From NCBI RefSeq assembly GCF_009914755.1, contig NC_060930.1: a DNA stretch of 64,000 nucleotides. One strand, given 5' to 3'. The stretch is from the human T2T-CHM13v2.0 reference genome, Homo sapiens. Both the position numbers and the translations under genes were made by a program. Positions 47,733 through 64,000 of this stretch are shown in pieces; the stretch's first letter is position 1; each line of letters starts with the position of its first letter. The notes under the pieces were generated by a model. The model did no database searches, had not been told where the DNA came from, and saw only the letters and a list, made by a program, of their open reading frames with translations.

Positions 47733-49225
47733 TGTGTCCAAAATTGGTGGGTTCTATGGTCTCACTGACTTAGAGAATGAAGCCACAGACCCTCACGGTT
47801 GAGTGTTACAATTCTTAAGGATGGTGTGTGCGGAGTTTGTTCCTTTTGATGTGCGGATGTCTTCACAGTTTCTTCCTTCTGGTGGCTTCATGGTCTTGCT
47901 AGGTTCAGGAGTGAAGCTGCAGACCTTCAGCTCTTAATGTAGCACAGCTGGAGTTGTTCATTTCTCCCAGTGGGTTCATGGTCTCACTGGCCTCAGGACT
48001 ACAGCTGCAAATCTTCTCAATGTGTGTTATAGCTCATAAAGGCACTCTGGACCCAAAAAGTGACCAACAGTAAAATTTATTCCAAGCAACAAAACAACAA
48101 AGCTACCACAATGTTGAAAAGACCTGAGCAGATTGCAGCCTGCTTTTATTCCCTTATCCGACACCACCACCACCCCCCCCCCACCCCCACCCCCCCCCCC
48201 CCCCCCCGCCCACACACACACATCCTGCTGATTGGCCCATTTTACAGAGAACTGATTGGTCTGTTTTGACAGGGTGCTGATTGGTGCGTTTACAATCCCT
48301 GAGCTAGACACAGAGTCCTGATTGGTGTATTTATAATCCTTTAGCTAGACACAAAAACTGTCCAAGTCCCCACTAGATTAGCTAGACACAGAGCACTGAT
48401 TGGTGCGTTTACAAACCTTGAGCTAGACACAGAGTGCTGATTGGTGTGTTTACAAACCTTGAGCTAGACACAGAGTGCTGATTGGTGCATTTACAATCCT
48501 TTAGTTAGACATAAAAGTTCCCCAAGTCCCCACTAGATTAGCTAGACACAGAGTGCTGATTGGTGCATATACAATCCTCCAGCTAGACGTAAAAATTCTC
48601 CAAGTCCCCACCCGACTCAGGAGCCCAGCTGGCTTTGCCTAGTGGATCCCACGCCACAGCGGAGTTGCTTCCCAGTCCCACGCCTGGTGCCTACACTTCT
48701 CAATTCTTGGGCAGTCAATGGGACTGAGGGCCGCAGAGCAAGGGGCGGCGCCCGTCGGGGAGGCTCTGGCCTCACGGGAGCCCATCGCGTGGGAGGGGCT
48801 CGGGCATGGAGGGCTGCAGGTCCGGAGCCCTGCCCTGCGGGGAGACGGCTGAGGCCCAGCCAGAATTTGAGCGCGGCGCGGGCGGCCCGGCAGTGCTGGG
48901 GGACCCGGCGCCCCCTCCACAGCTGCTGGCCCGGGTGCTAAACCCCTCGCTGCCCGGGGCCAGCCGGCTGCTCCGAGTGTGGGGTCTGCCGAGCCCGCGC
49001 CCACCCGGAACTCGAGCTGGCGCGCAGCCCTGGTTCCCGCCTGCGCCTCTCCCTCCACACCTTCTCGCAAGCAGAGGGAGCCGGCTCTGGCCTCGGCCCG
49101 CCCAGAGAAGGGCTCCCACAGTGCAGTGGCGGGCTGAAGGGCTCCTCAAGCGTGGCCAGAGCAGATGCTGAGGCCGAGGAGGTGCTGAGCGCGAGCGAGG
49201 GCCGCCAGCACGCTGTCACCTCTCA
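47733..49225 (-). mobile_element. LTR12 (ERV9) solo LTR inserted at the end of the KRAB-A exon
   Basis: Reverse-complement LTR12 termini; TSD ATAC at 47729-47732 and 49226-49229; eight ATTGG (CCAAT) boxes at 48231-48563; CpG-rich U3. Confidence 0.95.
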
Positions 49226-49353
49226 ATACCACCTTCCTGAAATTCTTTATCATCACATGCTGTGGAGATTCCTCTCGGAGGGGTGAGATGGTGCCATTCC
49301 CCATGAGTGAAGTACACGAGTACATCCTCACACACCTCAAAAATCACCCAATC
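49226..49353 (-). pseudogene. KRAB-A exon remnant
   Basis: Acceptor catgtgtctcag|, then DWVIFE(VCE)DVLVYFTHGEWHHLTP / ERNLH / HVMIKNFRKVV across frameshifts, versus KRAB-A consensus VTFEDVAVYFSxEEWxxLxPxQRxLYRDVMLENYRNLV. Confidence 0.88.
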
Positions 49354-49697
49354 CTGAGACACATGATTTCTGCAGCTGCCAGAGAAATAATCCCTGAGGA
49401 GCACAACCACCTTCCCCAGAGTAAAAGGGCGGGCTTCGAGTTAGTGTTGAGTGTCCAATGAGCAGGAAGAGCTGCAGAACAAGAGGCCAGCAACCAAGCC
49501 TAGGGAGACATCCCTCCAGCGGGAAGAGGACAGTCGGGGCTGCTGAGAGAAGCAAACAGGCTCCGCAAATGCCACTAAGTGCACATTTTGTGGCATTAAG
49601 TACACTGACCTGGTTGCACGATGGTCACTACCATACGTTTTCAGATGTTTTTTTTCCTTCCCAAACTGCAACTCTGTACCCATTAAACAGTAACTCC

Positions 49698-50424
<727 letters not shown>

Positions 50425-50779
50425 CTCTTCATTCCCTTCTCTCCAGCCCCTGGCGACCACCCTTGTACTTTGTGTGTCTATGAATGTGACTACTCTAAGT
50501 ACCTCATATAAGTGGAATCATACAATAATTTTGTCACGGGCTTATATCACTTAGCATAGTGTCTTCAAGGTTCATCCATGTTGTAGCATGTGCCAGAACC
50601 GCCTTCCTTTTTAAGGCTGAGTAATATTCCATCGCATGCATATGCCACATTTTGTTTATCCATTCATCCATCGGTGGATGCTTGGGTTGCTTCCCTCTTT
50701 TGACTGTTGTGAATAATGCTGCTATAAACTTGAGTGTACCAATATCTGAGTCCCTGCTTTCATTTTTTTTTTTTTTTGA

Positions 50780-50878
<99 letters not shown>

Positions 50879-50921
50879 TGAGTAGCTGGGATGACAGGCG
50901 CCTGCCACCACGCGCGGCTAA

Positions 50922-51065
<144 letters not shown>

Positions 51066-51599
51066 TGAATTCTTTTCAATTCTTCTGGGTACATACCCAG
51101 AAGTGGAATTGCTGGATCATGTTGTAATTCTATGTTCGATTTTTTGAGGAACCGCCATACTGTTTTACGCAGTGGCTTGTGATATTGTGAAATATATACT
51201 TGGTCTCCTTACATATAACTCCTAGAAACCTTGAAATCTTCAAAATACAAGTGTCTTTTTGTATGCTAATAAGTTGGCTGGTAGCTGGTAGCCCCTAGGT
51301 AGCTTCAGGATGGGGATTGGTCACCGGAAAGACCAAGGCATGGTTAGAAGTTTGAGACTTTTAGCACGACCCCAAACTTCCAGGGAGGGGAGAGGGCTGA
51401 AGGTTGAGTTGATCACCAAGGGCCAACGATTTAACCAATCATGCCTAAGTAATGAAGCCTCCATGCTGAACACCTGGAGGTTCCTGGAGGGGTGGGGCAC
51501 CTGGAGAGGGCATGGAAGCTCCACACTCCTTCCCTCATAGATTACCCTATTCATCTCTTCATCTGGTGTTCATCAGTATCCTTAGTAATATCCTTTGTA

Positions 51600-52395
<796 letters not shown>

Positions 52396-52563
52396 TAATA
52401 AACTGGTAAACATAAGCACGTGTTTCCCTGAGTTCTGTGAGCCACTCCAGCAGATTAATAGAATGCAAGGAGAGGGTCATGGGAACTCTGATTTATAGCC
52501 CCTTGGTTGGAAGCACAGGCTAGACAACCTGGAGCTTACAATTGGCATCAGAAGCGGGGGGCG

Positions 52564-53360
52564 CGTCCGGGAGGTGAGGGGCGCCTCTGCCCGGCCGCCC
52601 CTACTGGGAAGTGAGGAGCCCCTCTGCCCGGCCAGCCGCCCCGTCCGGGAGGGAGGTGGGGGGGTCAGCCCCCCGCCCGGCCAGCTGCCCCGTCCGGGAG
52701 GGAGGTGGGGGGGGGTCAGCCCCCCCGCCCGGCCAGCCGCCCCGTCCGGGAGGTGAGGGGCGCCTCTGCCCGGCCGCCCCTACTGGGAAGTGAGGAGCCC
52801 CTCTGCCCGGCCACCACCCCGTCTGGGAGGTGTGCCCAACAGCTCATTGAGAACGGGCCAGGATGACAATGGCGACTTTGTGGAATAGAAAGGCGGGAAA
52901 GGTGGGGAAAAGATTGAGAAATCGGATGGTTGCCGTGTCTGTGTAGAAAGAAGTAGACATGGGAGACTTTTCATTTTGTTCTGCACTAAGAAAAATTCCT
53001 CTGCCTTGGGATCCTGTTGATCTGTGACCTTACCCCCAACCCTGTGCTCTCTGAAACATGTGCTGTGTCCACTCAGGGTTAAATGGATTAAGGGCGGTGC
53101 AAGATGTGCTTTGTTAAACAGATGCTTGAAGGCAGCATGCTCGTTAAGAGTCATCACGAATCCCTAATCTCAAGTAATCAGGGACACAAACACTGCGGAA
53201 GGCCAAAGGGTCCTCTGCCTAGGAAAACCAGAGACCTTTGTTCACTTGTTTATCTGCTGACCTTCCCTCCACTATTGTCCCATGACCCTGCCAAATCCCC
53301 CTCTGTGAGAAACACCCAAGAATTATCAATAAAAAAATAAATTAAAAAAAAAAAAAAAAA
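52564..53360 (+). mobile_element. 5'-truncated SVA (SVA_D-like)
   Basis: Starts inside the VNTR, has a complete SINE-R, AATAAA and poly-A. TSD AGAAGCGGGGGGCG at 52550-52563 and 53361-53374. Confidence 0.96.
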
Positions 53361-54804
53361 AGAAGCGGGGGGCGGTCTTGTGGGACTGAGCCCTCAACCT
53401 GTGGGATCTGTTGCTATCTCCACAAAGACAGTGTTGGAATTGATTTGGAGGACACCCAGCTGGTGTTTGCTATAGAATTGATTGATTGGTTACTAGTAGG
53501 GAGAACTCTGCATGCACTTCTTAGTGACCAGAGGCCACAGAAGTCTTCTGTGTTGATCGTCATGAGAGAATAGCAAAAACAGTTTGGTTTGGTTTCTGTA
53601 CCTATATTCTCAGAGGCTGTGTCATTTTACAGTTCCTCTGCGAATGACCAGCAATGCACAAGAGTTCCAATCTATATCCTCACCACCTGTTATTTTCTGG
53701 GATTCTCTTTGTTTTATAATAGCCATCCTGGGCTGGAAGTGGTGGCTCACACCTGTAATCCCAACACTTCGGGAGGCCGAGGTGGGAGGATTGCTTAAGC
53801 CCAGGAGTTCAAGACCAGCCTGGGCAACATGGTGAAACACCGTCTCCACAAAAAATAAAAAAATAATTAGCCAGGTGTGGTGGCGCACCTGTAGTCCCAG
53901 TTACTTGGGAGGCTGAGCCAGGAGAATCACTTGAGCCCAGGAGCGCAAGGCTGCAGTGAGCTATCATTGCACCATGCACTACAGCCTGGGCAACAGAGCG
54001 AGATGCAGTCTCAAAAAAAAAAAAAATAGCCATCCTAACTGTTGTGCAGTTAGTATTTTAACCAGGTTGCTTTTTGTTGTTGTTGGATTGTAGGAATTCT
54101 TTATATATTCTGGATATCTTTGAATTTTTTTTCTTGAAAAATATTCAGATTCATAAAAGAGAGCAAACTGCACAGTCATAAACCTCCTGTCATTCTTGTT
54201 TCATCTGTTGCCCTTGATGATCACGAATGTCTCAATCTTTTTACTGTTGGATTAGGATCCTGAAGATTTTTTTTTTTTTTTGGAGATGGAGTTTCGCTGT
54301 TGTCCAGACTGGAGTGCAATGGCACAATCTCGGCTCACTGCAACCTCTGCCTCTGGGTTCAAGTGATCCTCCTGCCTCAGCCTCCCGAGTAGCTGGGATT
54401 ACAGGCACGTGCCACCATGCCCGGCTAATTTTGTATTTTTAGTAAAGAGGGGGTTTCTCCATGTTAGTCAGGCTGGTCTCAAACTCTCGACCTCAGGTGA
54501 TCCACCTGCCTCAGCCTCCCAAAGTGTGCTGAGATTACAGGCGTGAGCCACCGTGCCCGGCCTCCTGAAGATTTTTTTAAAGATTTCTTTCTTTCTATCT
54601 TTTTTTAAGACGGAATCTCTGTCTGTCACCCAGGCCGGAGTGCAGTGGCGCAATCTCGGCTCACTGAAACCTCCATCTCCTGGGTTCAAGCGATTCTCTT
54701 GCCTCGGCCTCCTGAGTAGCTGGGATTACAGGTGCCTGCCACCACACCCAGCTAGTTTTTGTATTTTTAGTAGAGACGGGGTTTCACCATGTTGGTCAGG
54801 TTGA

Positions 54805-54903
<99 letters not shown>

Positions 54904-54948
54904 TAGTTGTAGAGCTACAGGATCTTGGAGGTTTATATGTGGAGTTAA

Positions 54949-55346
<398 letters not shown>

Positions 55347-55549
55347 TGAGCCACCGTGCCCAGCCGAGTTTTCAGTTTTCTTCTATACTCTCACTCGTGA
55401 CACACAATACTTCCAAACCATGTCACTTTTTTTTTCTTTAAATTATTTTTTCCTCATCTTCTTTGTGGTGGTATCATTTCTGACACCAGATTTGGGAAGT
55501 GGAGTGGTCCCCACACCAAGCAGTTTTCCAATTTTCTGTGGGTACCAAT

Positions 55550-56010
55550 GAATCTGGTTATATGATGCAGTTTTAGCCAGTGAAATGAGAGCAGAAGTCA
55601 CTGAGCAGAGCTTCCAGAAAGTTCTTTAAAGCCTTGTTACTCCAAGTGTGGTACTTTGTTAGAAATGCAGAATCTTGGGCCCCAGCCCAGACCTACTGAA
55701 TCTGAATCTATATTATAACAAGACCCCCTGTTGAGTTACACATGTTGAGCTAAAGTTGGAGAGTGATGCTTTAAGGGGAGCTGACTTGGCTTCCTCTTTC
55801 TTCCTGACTGGAATGTGGATGTGATGGCTGGAGCTAAAGGGGCCATCTTCCACATGTGGTGTGACCTTAAAGAAGCCACAGGCTGAGGATGGCAGTGGAA
55901 AAAAAACAGAAGGAGCCTGGGGCACTGATAGCCTCAGGGAGCCACCACACTGCCTGGAAATGAGCCTCCAGACTTCTTTAACACAAGAGAACAACCTCTA
56001 CTGTGTACAC
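55550..56010 (+). mobile_element. Old MLT1 (J/I-like) LTR with a nested MER5-type MITE (~55630-55770)
   Basis: GGAATGTGGATGTGATGGCTGGAGC MLT1 motif; TTGTTAGAAATGCAGAATCTTGGGCCCCAGCCCAGACCTACTGAATC MER5 motif. Confidence 0.7.
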
Positions 56011-56998
56011 TTACTACGAAGAAGGCCACTCCAGATGTACAGACTCAGAGAAAGCCCGAAGCAAGAGCAGACCACCCTGCAGGCTGGCTGTAGCTCTGCG
56101 CGCTTCTCAGCCTGCAGCTGGTGCCAAATCTGACCTTTCTTCACGCTCGTGTTTCAGATCAACAAGAATCCTAGGAAAGGGGAGTTCAGATACCACTTTA
56201 CTATTGCTCTACGTGTTTTCTAGTATGAGAATTGGTAAATACGATATATTCTGTTTTTACATTAAGTATTTCCTGTTTTATGTAACGTATTATTCTTTTC
56301 TAATTTTAGGTAAACATGGACATGTTTTCCATCTATACAGAATATCAGCCATTTAAGATGTCCTAATGAGTCACACTCTGATATACTTTCTGGAGGCACT
56401 ATGTTTTAAAATGTGTTTATTTCTTATAATACCTTATGTCCCATATTACAAACCATTCCCTTTTATGCCAAAACATATATATATATATTTAATCACCGTG
56501 TTGTTTTGGGAGTTAAGATATCTAAACCCTGGAAATAATCTGGAATAGGTCAAATCTCAGACATACTCAATAAACAATGTTCTGCTCTTTTCAGAAATGC
56601 TTCCAAAGATTTGTTGTATAAAGAATTTGAGACTAGGCACGGTGGCTCATGCCTATAATCCCAGCACTTTGGGAGGCAGAAGTGGGAGGATCACTTAAGC
56701 CCAGGAGTTCAAGATCAGCCTGGGCAACAGGGTGAGACCCCATCGCTACAAAAATTACAAAACTTAGCTGGGCACGGTGGTGTGTGCCTGTGGTCCCAGC
56801 TACTTGGAAGGCTGAGATGAGAGAATCAGTTGAGCCTAGGAGGCCAAGGCTGCAGTGACTCATGATTATGCCACTGTACTCCTGCCTGGGCAACAGAGTG
56901 AGACTCTGTCTCAAACAAACAAAACCAAGAGGCAAGGCCAGGTGCGGTGGCTCATGCCTATAATCCCAGCACTTTGGGAGGCCGAGGCGGGCAGATCA

Positions 56999-57244
<246 letters not shown>

Positions 57245-57582
57245 TCATTATTTGCAGATATCTAATTATACAGAAAATCAACCAGAATTGGGCCAGGCGT
57301 GGTGGTTCATGCCTGTAATTCCAGCACTTTGGGAGGCTGAGGCGGGCAGATCACTTGAAATCAGCAGTTCGAGACCAGCCTGGGCAACACCATGAAACCC
57401 CATCTCTATTAAAAATCCAAAAATTAGCCAGGTGTGGTGGTGCCTGCCTGTAGTCCCAGCTACTTGGGAGGTGAAGATTGCAGTGAGCTGAGATCACATC
57501 ACAGTGCTCCAGCCTGGGCAGCAGAGTGAAACTCCATCTCAACCAAAAAAAAAAGAAAGAAAGAAAGAAAGAAAATAGGCTA

Positions 57583-57978
<396 letters not shown>

Positions 57979-58017
57979 TCAAGCAATAACATTTATTTCC
58001 ACATCAGCAAAAAATCA

Positions 58018-58352
<335 letters not shown>

Positions 58353-58689
58353 TCATCTAGAAAAAGAATAAAAGAAAAGAGAAGCTAGAGACACATATGT
58401 GGGAGCTTAATACAGAATAACAGTGGCAGCACAGATCACTGAGACAGGAACGGACTGTTCGGATATAGCGCTGGAAGATTAGCTCACTATCCAGAGGCAC
58501 ATAAAACTGGATCCTACCCAACACCATGTACAAGAGGAAACCAGATGGATTAAAAACTTAAGGGCCGGGCGCGGTGGCTCACGCCTGTAATCCCAGCACT
58601 TTGGGAGGCTGGGATCACGACGTCAGGAGATCAAGACCATCCTGGCTAAAACGGTGAAACCCCGTCTCTACTGAAAATACAAAAAATTA

Positions 58690-58941
<252 letters not shown>

Positions 58942-59393
58942 TCACTTGAGCTCAGGAGTTTGAGACCAGTCTGAGCAACATGGCAAAACCCCATCTCTAT
59001 AAAAAATGCAAAACTTGGCTGGTTAGGTATAAGTTGACAGACAATAACAAAATTAAAAAAAAAAAAAAAAAAGGCCAGGCACAGTGGTTTGTGCCTGTAA
59101 TCCCAGCATTTTGGGAGGCCAAGACAGGTGGATCACCTGAGGTCAAGAGTTCAAGCCCAGCCTGGCCAACATGGCGAAACCCCGTCTCTACTACAAATAC
59201 AAAAAAAATTAGCCGGGCATGGTGGCAGGCGCCTGTAATCCCAGCTACTCAGGAGGCTGAGGTAGGAGAATTGCTAGAACCCTGGGGGCAGAGGTTGCAG
59301 TGAGCCGAGATTGCGCCACTGCATTCCAGCCTGGGTGACAGAGCGAGACTTGGTCTCAAAAAAAAAAAAAAAAAAATTAGCCAGGCATGGTGG

Positions 59394-60916
59394 TGAGAGG
59401 TGACAGCGTGCTGGCAGTCCTCAGAGCCCTCGCTTACTCTCGGCACCTCCCCTGCCTGGGCTCCCACTTTGGCGGCATTTGAGGAGCCCTTCAGCCCCCC
59501 ACTGCACTGTGGGAGCCCCTTTCTGGGCTGGCCAAGGCTGGAGCCCACTCCCTCAGCTTGCAGGGAGGTATGGAGGGAGAGGCGCGAGCATGAACCAGGG
59601 CTTCCTGCGGCGCTGCCGGGCCAGCTGAAGTTCCAGGTGGGCGTGGGCTTGGTGGGCCCCGCACTCGGAGCAGCCAGCCAGCCCTGCTGGCCCCGGGCAA
59701 TGAGGGACTTAGCACCCGGGCCAGTGGCTGCGGAGGGTGTACTGGGTCCCCCAGCAGTGCCGGCCCACCGGCGCTGTGCTCGATTTCTCGCTGGGCCTTA
59801 GCTGCCTTCCCGCGGGGCAGGGCTCAGGACCTGCAGCCCGCCATGCCTGAGCCTCCCACCCACTCCATGGGCTCCTGTGCCGCCCGAGCCTCCCGGACGA
59901 GCACCACCCCCTGCTCCAGGGCGGCCAGTCCCATTGACCACCCAAGGGCTGAGGAGTGCGAGCGCACGGCGCAGGACTGGCAGGCAGCTCCACCTGCAGC
60001 CCCAGTGCGGGATCCACTGGGTGAAGCCAGCTGGGCTCCTGAGTCTGGTGGGGACGTGGAGAGTCTTTATGTCTAGCTCAGGGATTGTAAATACACCAAT
60101 CACCATCCTGTGTTTAGCTCAAGGTTTGTGAATGCACCAATCCACACTGTATCTAGCTGCATCTGGTGGGGTCTTGGAGAACCTTTATATCTAGCTCAGG
60201 GATTGTAAATACACCAATCAGCACCCTGTGTTTAGCTCAAGGTTTGTGAGTGCACCAATCGACACTCTGTATCTAGCTGCTCTGGTGGGGCCTTGGAGAA
60301 CCCGTGTGTCAAAACTCTGTATCTAACTAATCTGATGGGGATGTGGAGAACCTTTGTATCTAGCTCAGGGATTGTAAACGCACCAATCAGCGCCCTGACA
60401 AAACAGGCCGCTCGGCTCTACCAATCAGCAGGATGTGGGTGGGGCCAGATAAGAGGATAAAAGCAGGCTGCCAGAGCCAGCAGTGACAACCTACTCGGGT
60501 TTTCTTCAACACTGTGGAAGGTTTCTTTGTTCTTTTGTTCTTTGCAATAAATCTTGCTACTGTTCACTCTTTGGGTCCACGTTGCTTTCATGAGCTGTAA
60601 CATTGTCTGCGAAGATCTGTAGGTTCACTCTGTAGGTTCACTCCTGAGCCCGGCGAGACCACGAGGTCAGCGGGAGGAAAAACAACTCCAGACGCGCTGC
60701 CTTAAGAGCTGTAACACTCACCACGAAAGTCTACAGCTTCACTCCTGAGCCAGCGAGACCACAAACCCACCAGAAGAAAGAAACTCCGACCACATCTGAA
60801 CATCAGAAGGAACAGACTCCAGACGTGCCACCTTAAGAGCTGTAACACTCACCATGAGGGTCCGCGGCTTCGTTCTTCAAGTCAGTCAGACCAAGAACCC
60901 ACCAACTCCGGACACA
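59394..60916 (+). mobile_element. LTR12C-like (ERV9) solo LTR inserted into an Alu
   Basis: TGAGAGGTGACAGCGTG...GGACACA termini. TSD GTGG at 59390-59393 and 60917-60920 splits the Alu sequence GGCATGGTGG|CATGTGCC. CCAAT repeats present. Confidence 0.95.
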
Positions 60917-61384
60917 GTGGCATGTGCCTGTAGTCCCACCTATGAAGGAGAATGAGGTGGGGGACTGTTTGAGCCCAGGAGGTTGAAGCTACAGTGAGCC
61001 ATGATCGTGCCACTGAACTCCAGTCTGGGCAAAACAGTAAGTCTCTATTTTTGTCACCTAAGAGTAAAGAAGTTTTTTTTTGTTTGTTTCTTTGTTTTTT
61101 GAGATAGTCTTGCTCTGTTGCCCAGGCTGGAGTGCGGTGGCGTGATCTCGGGTCACTGAAAGCTCTGCCTCCTGGGTTCACACCATTCTCCTGCCTCAGC
61201 CTCCCTAGTAGCTGGGACTACAGGCACCCACCACTGCGCCCGGCTAATTTTTTGTGTTTTTTTAGTAGAGATGGGGTTTCATCCTGTTAGCCAGAATAGT
61301 CTTGATCTCCTGACCTGGTGATTGGCCCGCCTCGGCCTACCAAGGTGCTGGAATGACAGGCGTGAGCCACCGCGCCCGGCCTAA

Positions 61385-62600
61385 GAGTAAAGAAGTTCTT
61401 AACCAGAAATGCAAAAGTACAGATCCCAAGAAAAAGAAACATAACTGAATTTTATTTTATCAATATTAAGGATTTCTGTTCAATGTAGATATTGTGGACA
61501 AGATACTTGATGCTGGGGGGGGAAATGAAATGTTTAAAACTAATAAGGAACAGCTAGGCATGGTGATGCACACCTGTAACCCAGCCACTTGGAAGATTGA
61601 GGCAGGAGGATTGCTTGAACCCAGGAGTTCAAAGCTGCAGTGAGCCATGATCGTGCCACTGCACTCCAGCCTGGGTGAGAGAGCAAGACCCAAAAGGCCA
61701 TATACTGTATGAGTCCATTTATATAAAATGTCTAGAATAGGCAAAATGGTAGAGACAGTAAATTAGTGGTTTCCAGAGTTTCTCTCCTGAGGCAGGAGAA
61801 TCGCTTGAACCTGGGAGGCAGAGGTTGCAGTGAGCAGAGAGATCTTGCCATTGCACTCCAGCCTGGGCAACAGGCACAAAACTCCGTCTCAAAAAAGAAA
61901 AGGGGAGGAGAGGGAGCGGCTGCTAGTGGGTACATGACTTCTTTTGGAGATGATGAAAATGTTCTAAGATTATGATGATGGTTGCACAACTCTGTAAATA
62001 AACTTTAAAACCCTACTGAATTGTATATTTTAAAAGGGTGAAGGCCAGGCCCAGTGGCTCACACCTGTAATCCCAGCACTTCCGGAGGCTGAGGCAGGAG
62101 GATCGCTTGAGCCCAGGAGTTTGAAACCAGCCTAGGCAACATGGTGAGACTGCCTCTAAAAAAAATAAAACAAATTTTTAGAAAGGGTGAATGTTTTGGT
62201 ATATGAATTATATCTCAATTAAAAAACTGACAAGAGGTTAATATCTGGAAGCTCTCACCAATTAACCAGACAAGAACAACTCCAATGGGAAAATTGGCAA
62301 AGGATATGAACAGGCAATCTACAGTCAAGGAAACCAAAAAAGTTAATCATCATATAGAAATACTCAAAATCATTAGATACTCAAAATGATTAGAGACATG
62401 CAAAATTAAAATGAGATCCACTTTATATCTATGAGACTGGCGAGTTAGAAAGTGGGATGGTGCCATACACTGGGGAGAATAGGGGAATGCAGGGCCCTTC
62501 CGTGCTCCAGTGGGAAGGGAGAGCTGACTCAATAACTAAAGTAAAATAAGTACCCACAGGCCCACAAGCCCTGTGACCCAGCAAGGCTGCACCCAGGGAC
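61385..62600 (+). mobile_element. Old L1M (ME/MB) fragments
   Basis: ORF2-end and 3' UTR motifs: TTGGCAAAGGATATGAACAGGCAAT and GGAGATGATGAAAATGTTCTAAGATT...GGTTGCACAACTCTG. Confidence 0.7.
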
Positions 62601-63641
62601 AGGGCCTAAGGGCACATGTTGGGTTTTGTAGGGTTTTTTTTTTTTTTTTGAGGCAGGATCTCGCTGTTGCCAAAGCTGGATTGCAGTGGCTCAATCACTG
62701 CTCACTGCAGCCTCAATCTCCCTGGGCTGAAGTGATCCCTCCTCTTTAGCCTCCCAAGTAGCTGGGACTACAGGTGTACACCACTACACCCAGCTAATTT
62801 TTTTATTATTTATTTTTTGTAGAGATGAGGTCTTACTATGTTGCCTGGGCTGGTCTCAACCTCCCGGGCTCAAATGATCCCCTCGGCTCAGCCTCCCAAA
62901 GTGCTGGGATTACAGGCTGGGAACTTTTTTGAATAAGTTGTAGCTGTGGGACAGGGAGTTGGAACGATCTTGGCACCCTGTCTCTTGTCCTGGAAAGAAG
63001 ATGGGTAAAGGAAGGAGGATGAAGGAGGATATTTGCTGTGAAACACTTTACAGCAGTTAGAAACATGGGAAGGATGAACACAGAGCAACAAGGATTTTTT
63101 TTTTTTAAACCACTTTCCCTCAAATTCTGTGGGATGGTTCTTTAAGATGCAGTACCTGGGCAGGTGCAGCAGCTCATGCCTGTAATCCAGCAAGTTGGGA
63201 GGCTGAGGCAGGAGGATCACTTGGGGCCAGGAGTTCAAGACCAGCTTGAGCAACAGAGGTAGACTTCTATCTCTAAAATAAAATTAAAAAAAAATTTTTT
63301 TTTAAATACAGTACTGAGTGAAAAAGATAAATGAGATTTATTTATTTATTTTTCAGAGACAAGGTGCCATTCTGTTGCCCAGGCTGGAGTGCAGTGGCTC
63401 AATCCTAGCTCACCTTAACCTCCAACTCCTGGGCTCAAGCCGTCCTTCAGCCTTAGCCTCCTGAGTAGCTGGGACTACAGGCGTGCCACTATGCCTGGCT
63501 AGTTTGTAAAATATTTTGTAGAGATGAAGTCTTGCTATGTTGCCAAGGTTTGCCTTGAACTTCTGGCCTCAAGTGATCTGCCTGCCTCCGCTTCCCAAAG
63601 TGTTGGGATTACAGCATAAGCCACTGCAACCAACATACTTA

Positions 63642-64000
<359 letters not shown>

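Noticed and set aside
48700-49220. CpG island of a host gene promoter
   Set aside because: The CpG richness lies entirely within LTR12 U3; the same applies to the other LTR12s and the SVA VNTRs.

Overview
Hominid (human-like) genomic DNA: SVA, AluY-type and young L1PA elements are present. It is very repeat-dense, with roughly 85-90 Alu copies or fragments by manual count. Other repeats: two SVAs, one young 5'-truncated L1PA, three solo LTR12 (ERV9) LTRs with their own 4-bp TSDs plus an LTR12 stub, MER52, an LTR41-type LTR with ERVL gag/protease remnants, MER21, MER57, MLT1, MER58A, a Tigger-like remnant, CR1/L3, L2, MIR and old L1M fragments. I see no intact protein-coding gene, RNA gene or CRISPR array; most of the supplied ORFs are chance frames, largely within repeats. 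The main non-repeat signal is a heavily decayed, intron-containing KRAB C2H2 zinc-finger pseudogene on the minus strand (~42960-49353). Its KRAB-A exon, KRAB-B exon and finger exon can be reconstructed with most splice sites still present. A sense-oriented LTR12 sits at the end of its KRAB-A exon and could drive a chimeric transcript. Repeat family names come from recalled consensus sequences, not a database search, and I cannot assign the chromosomal locus.
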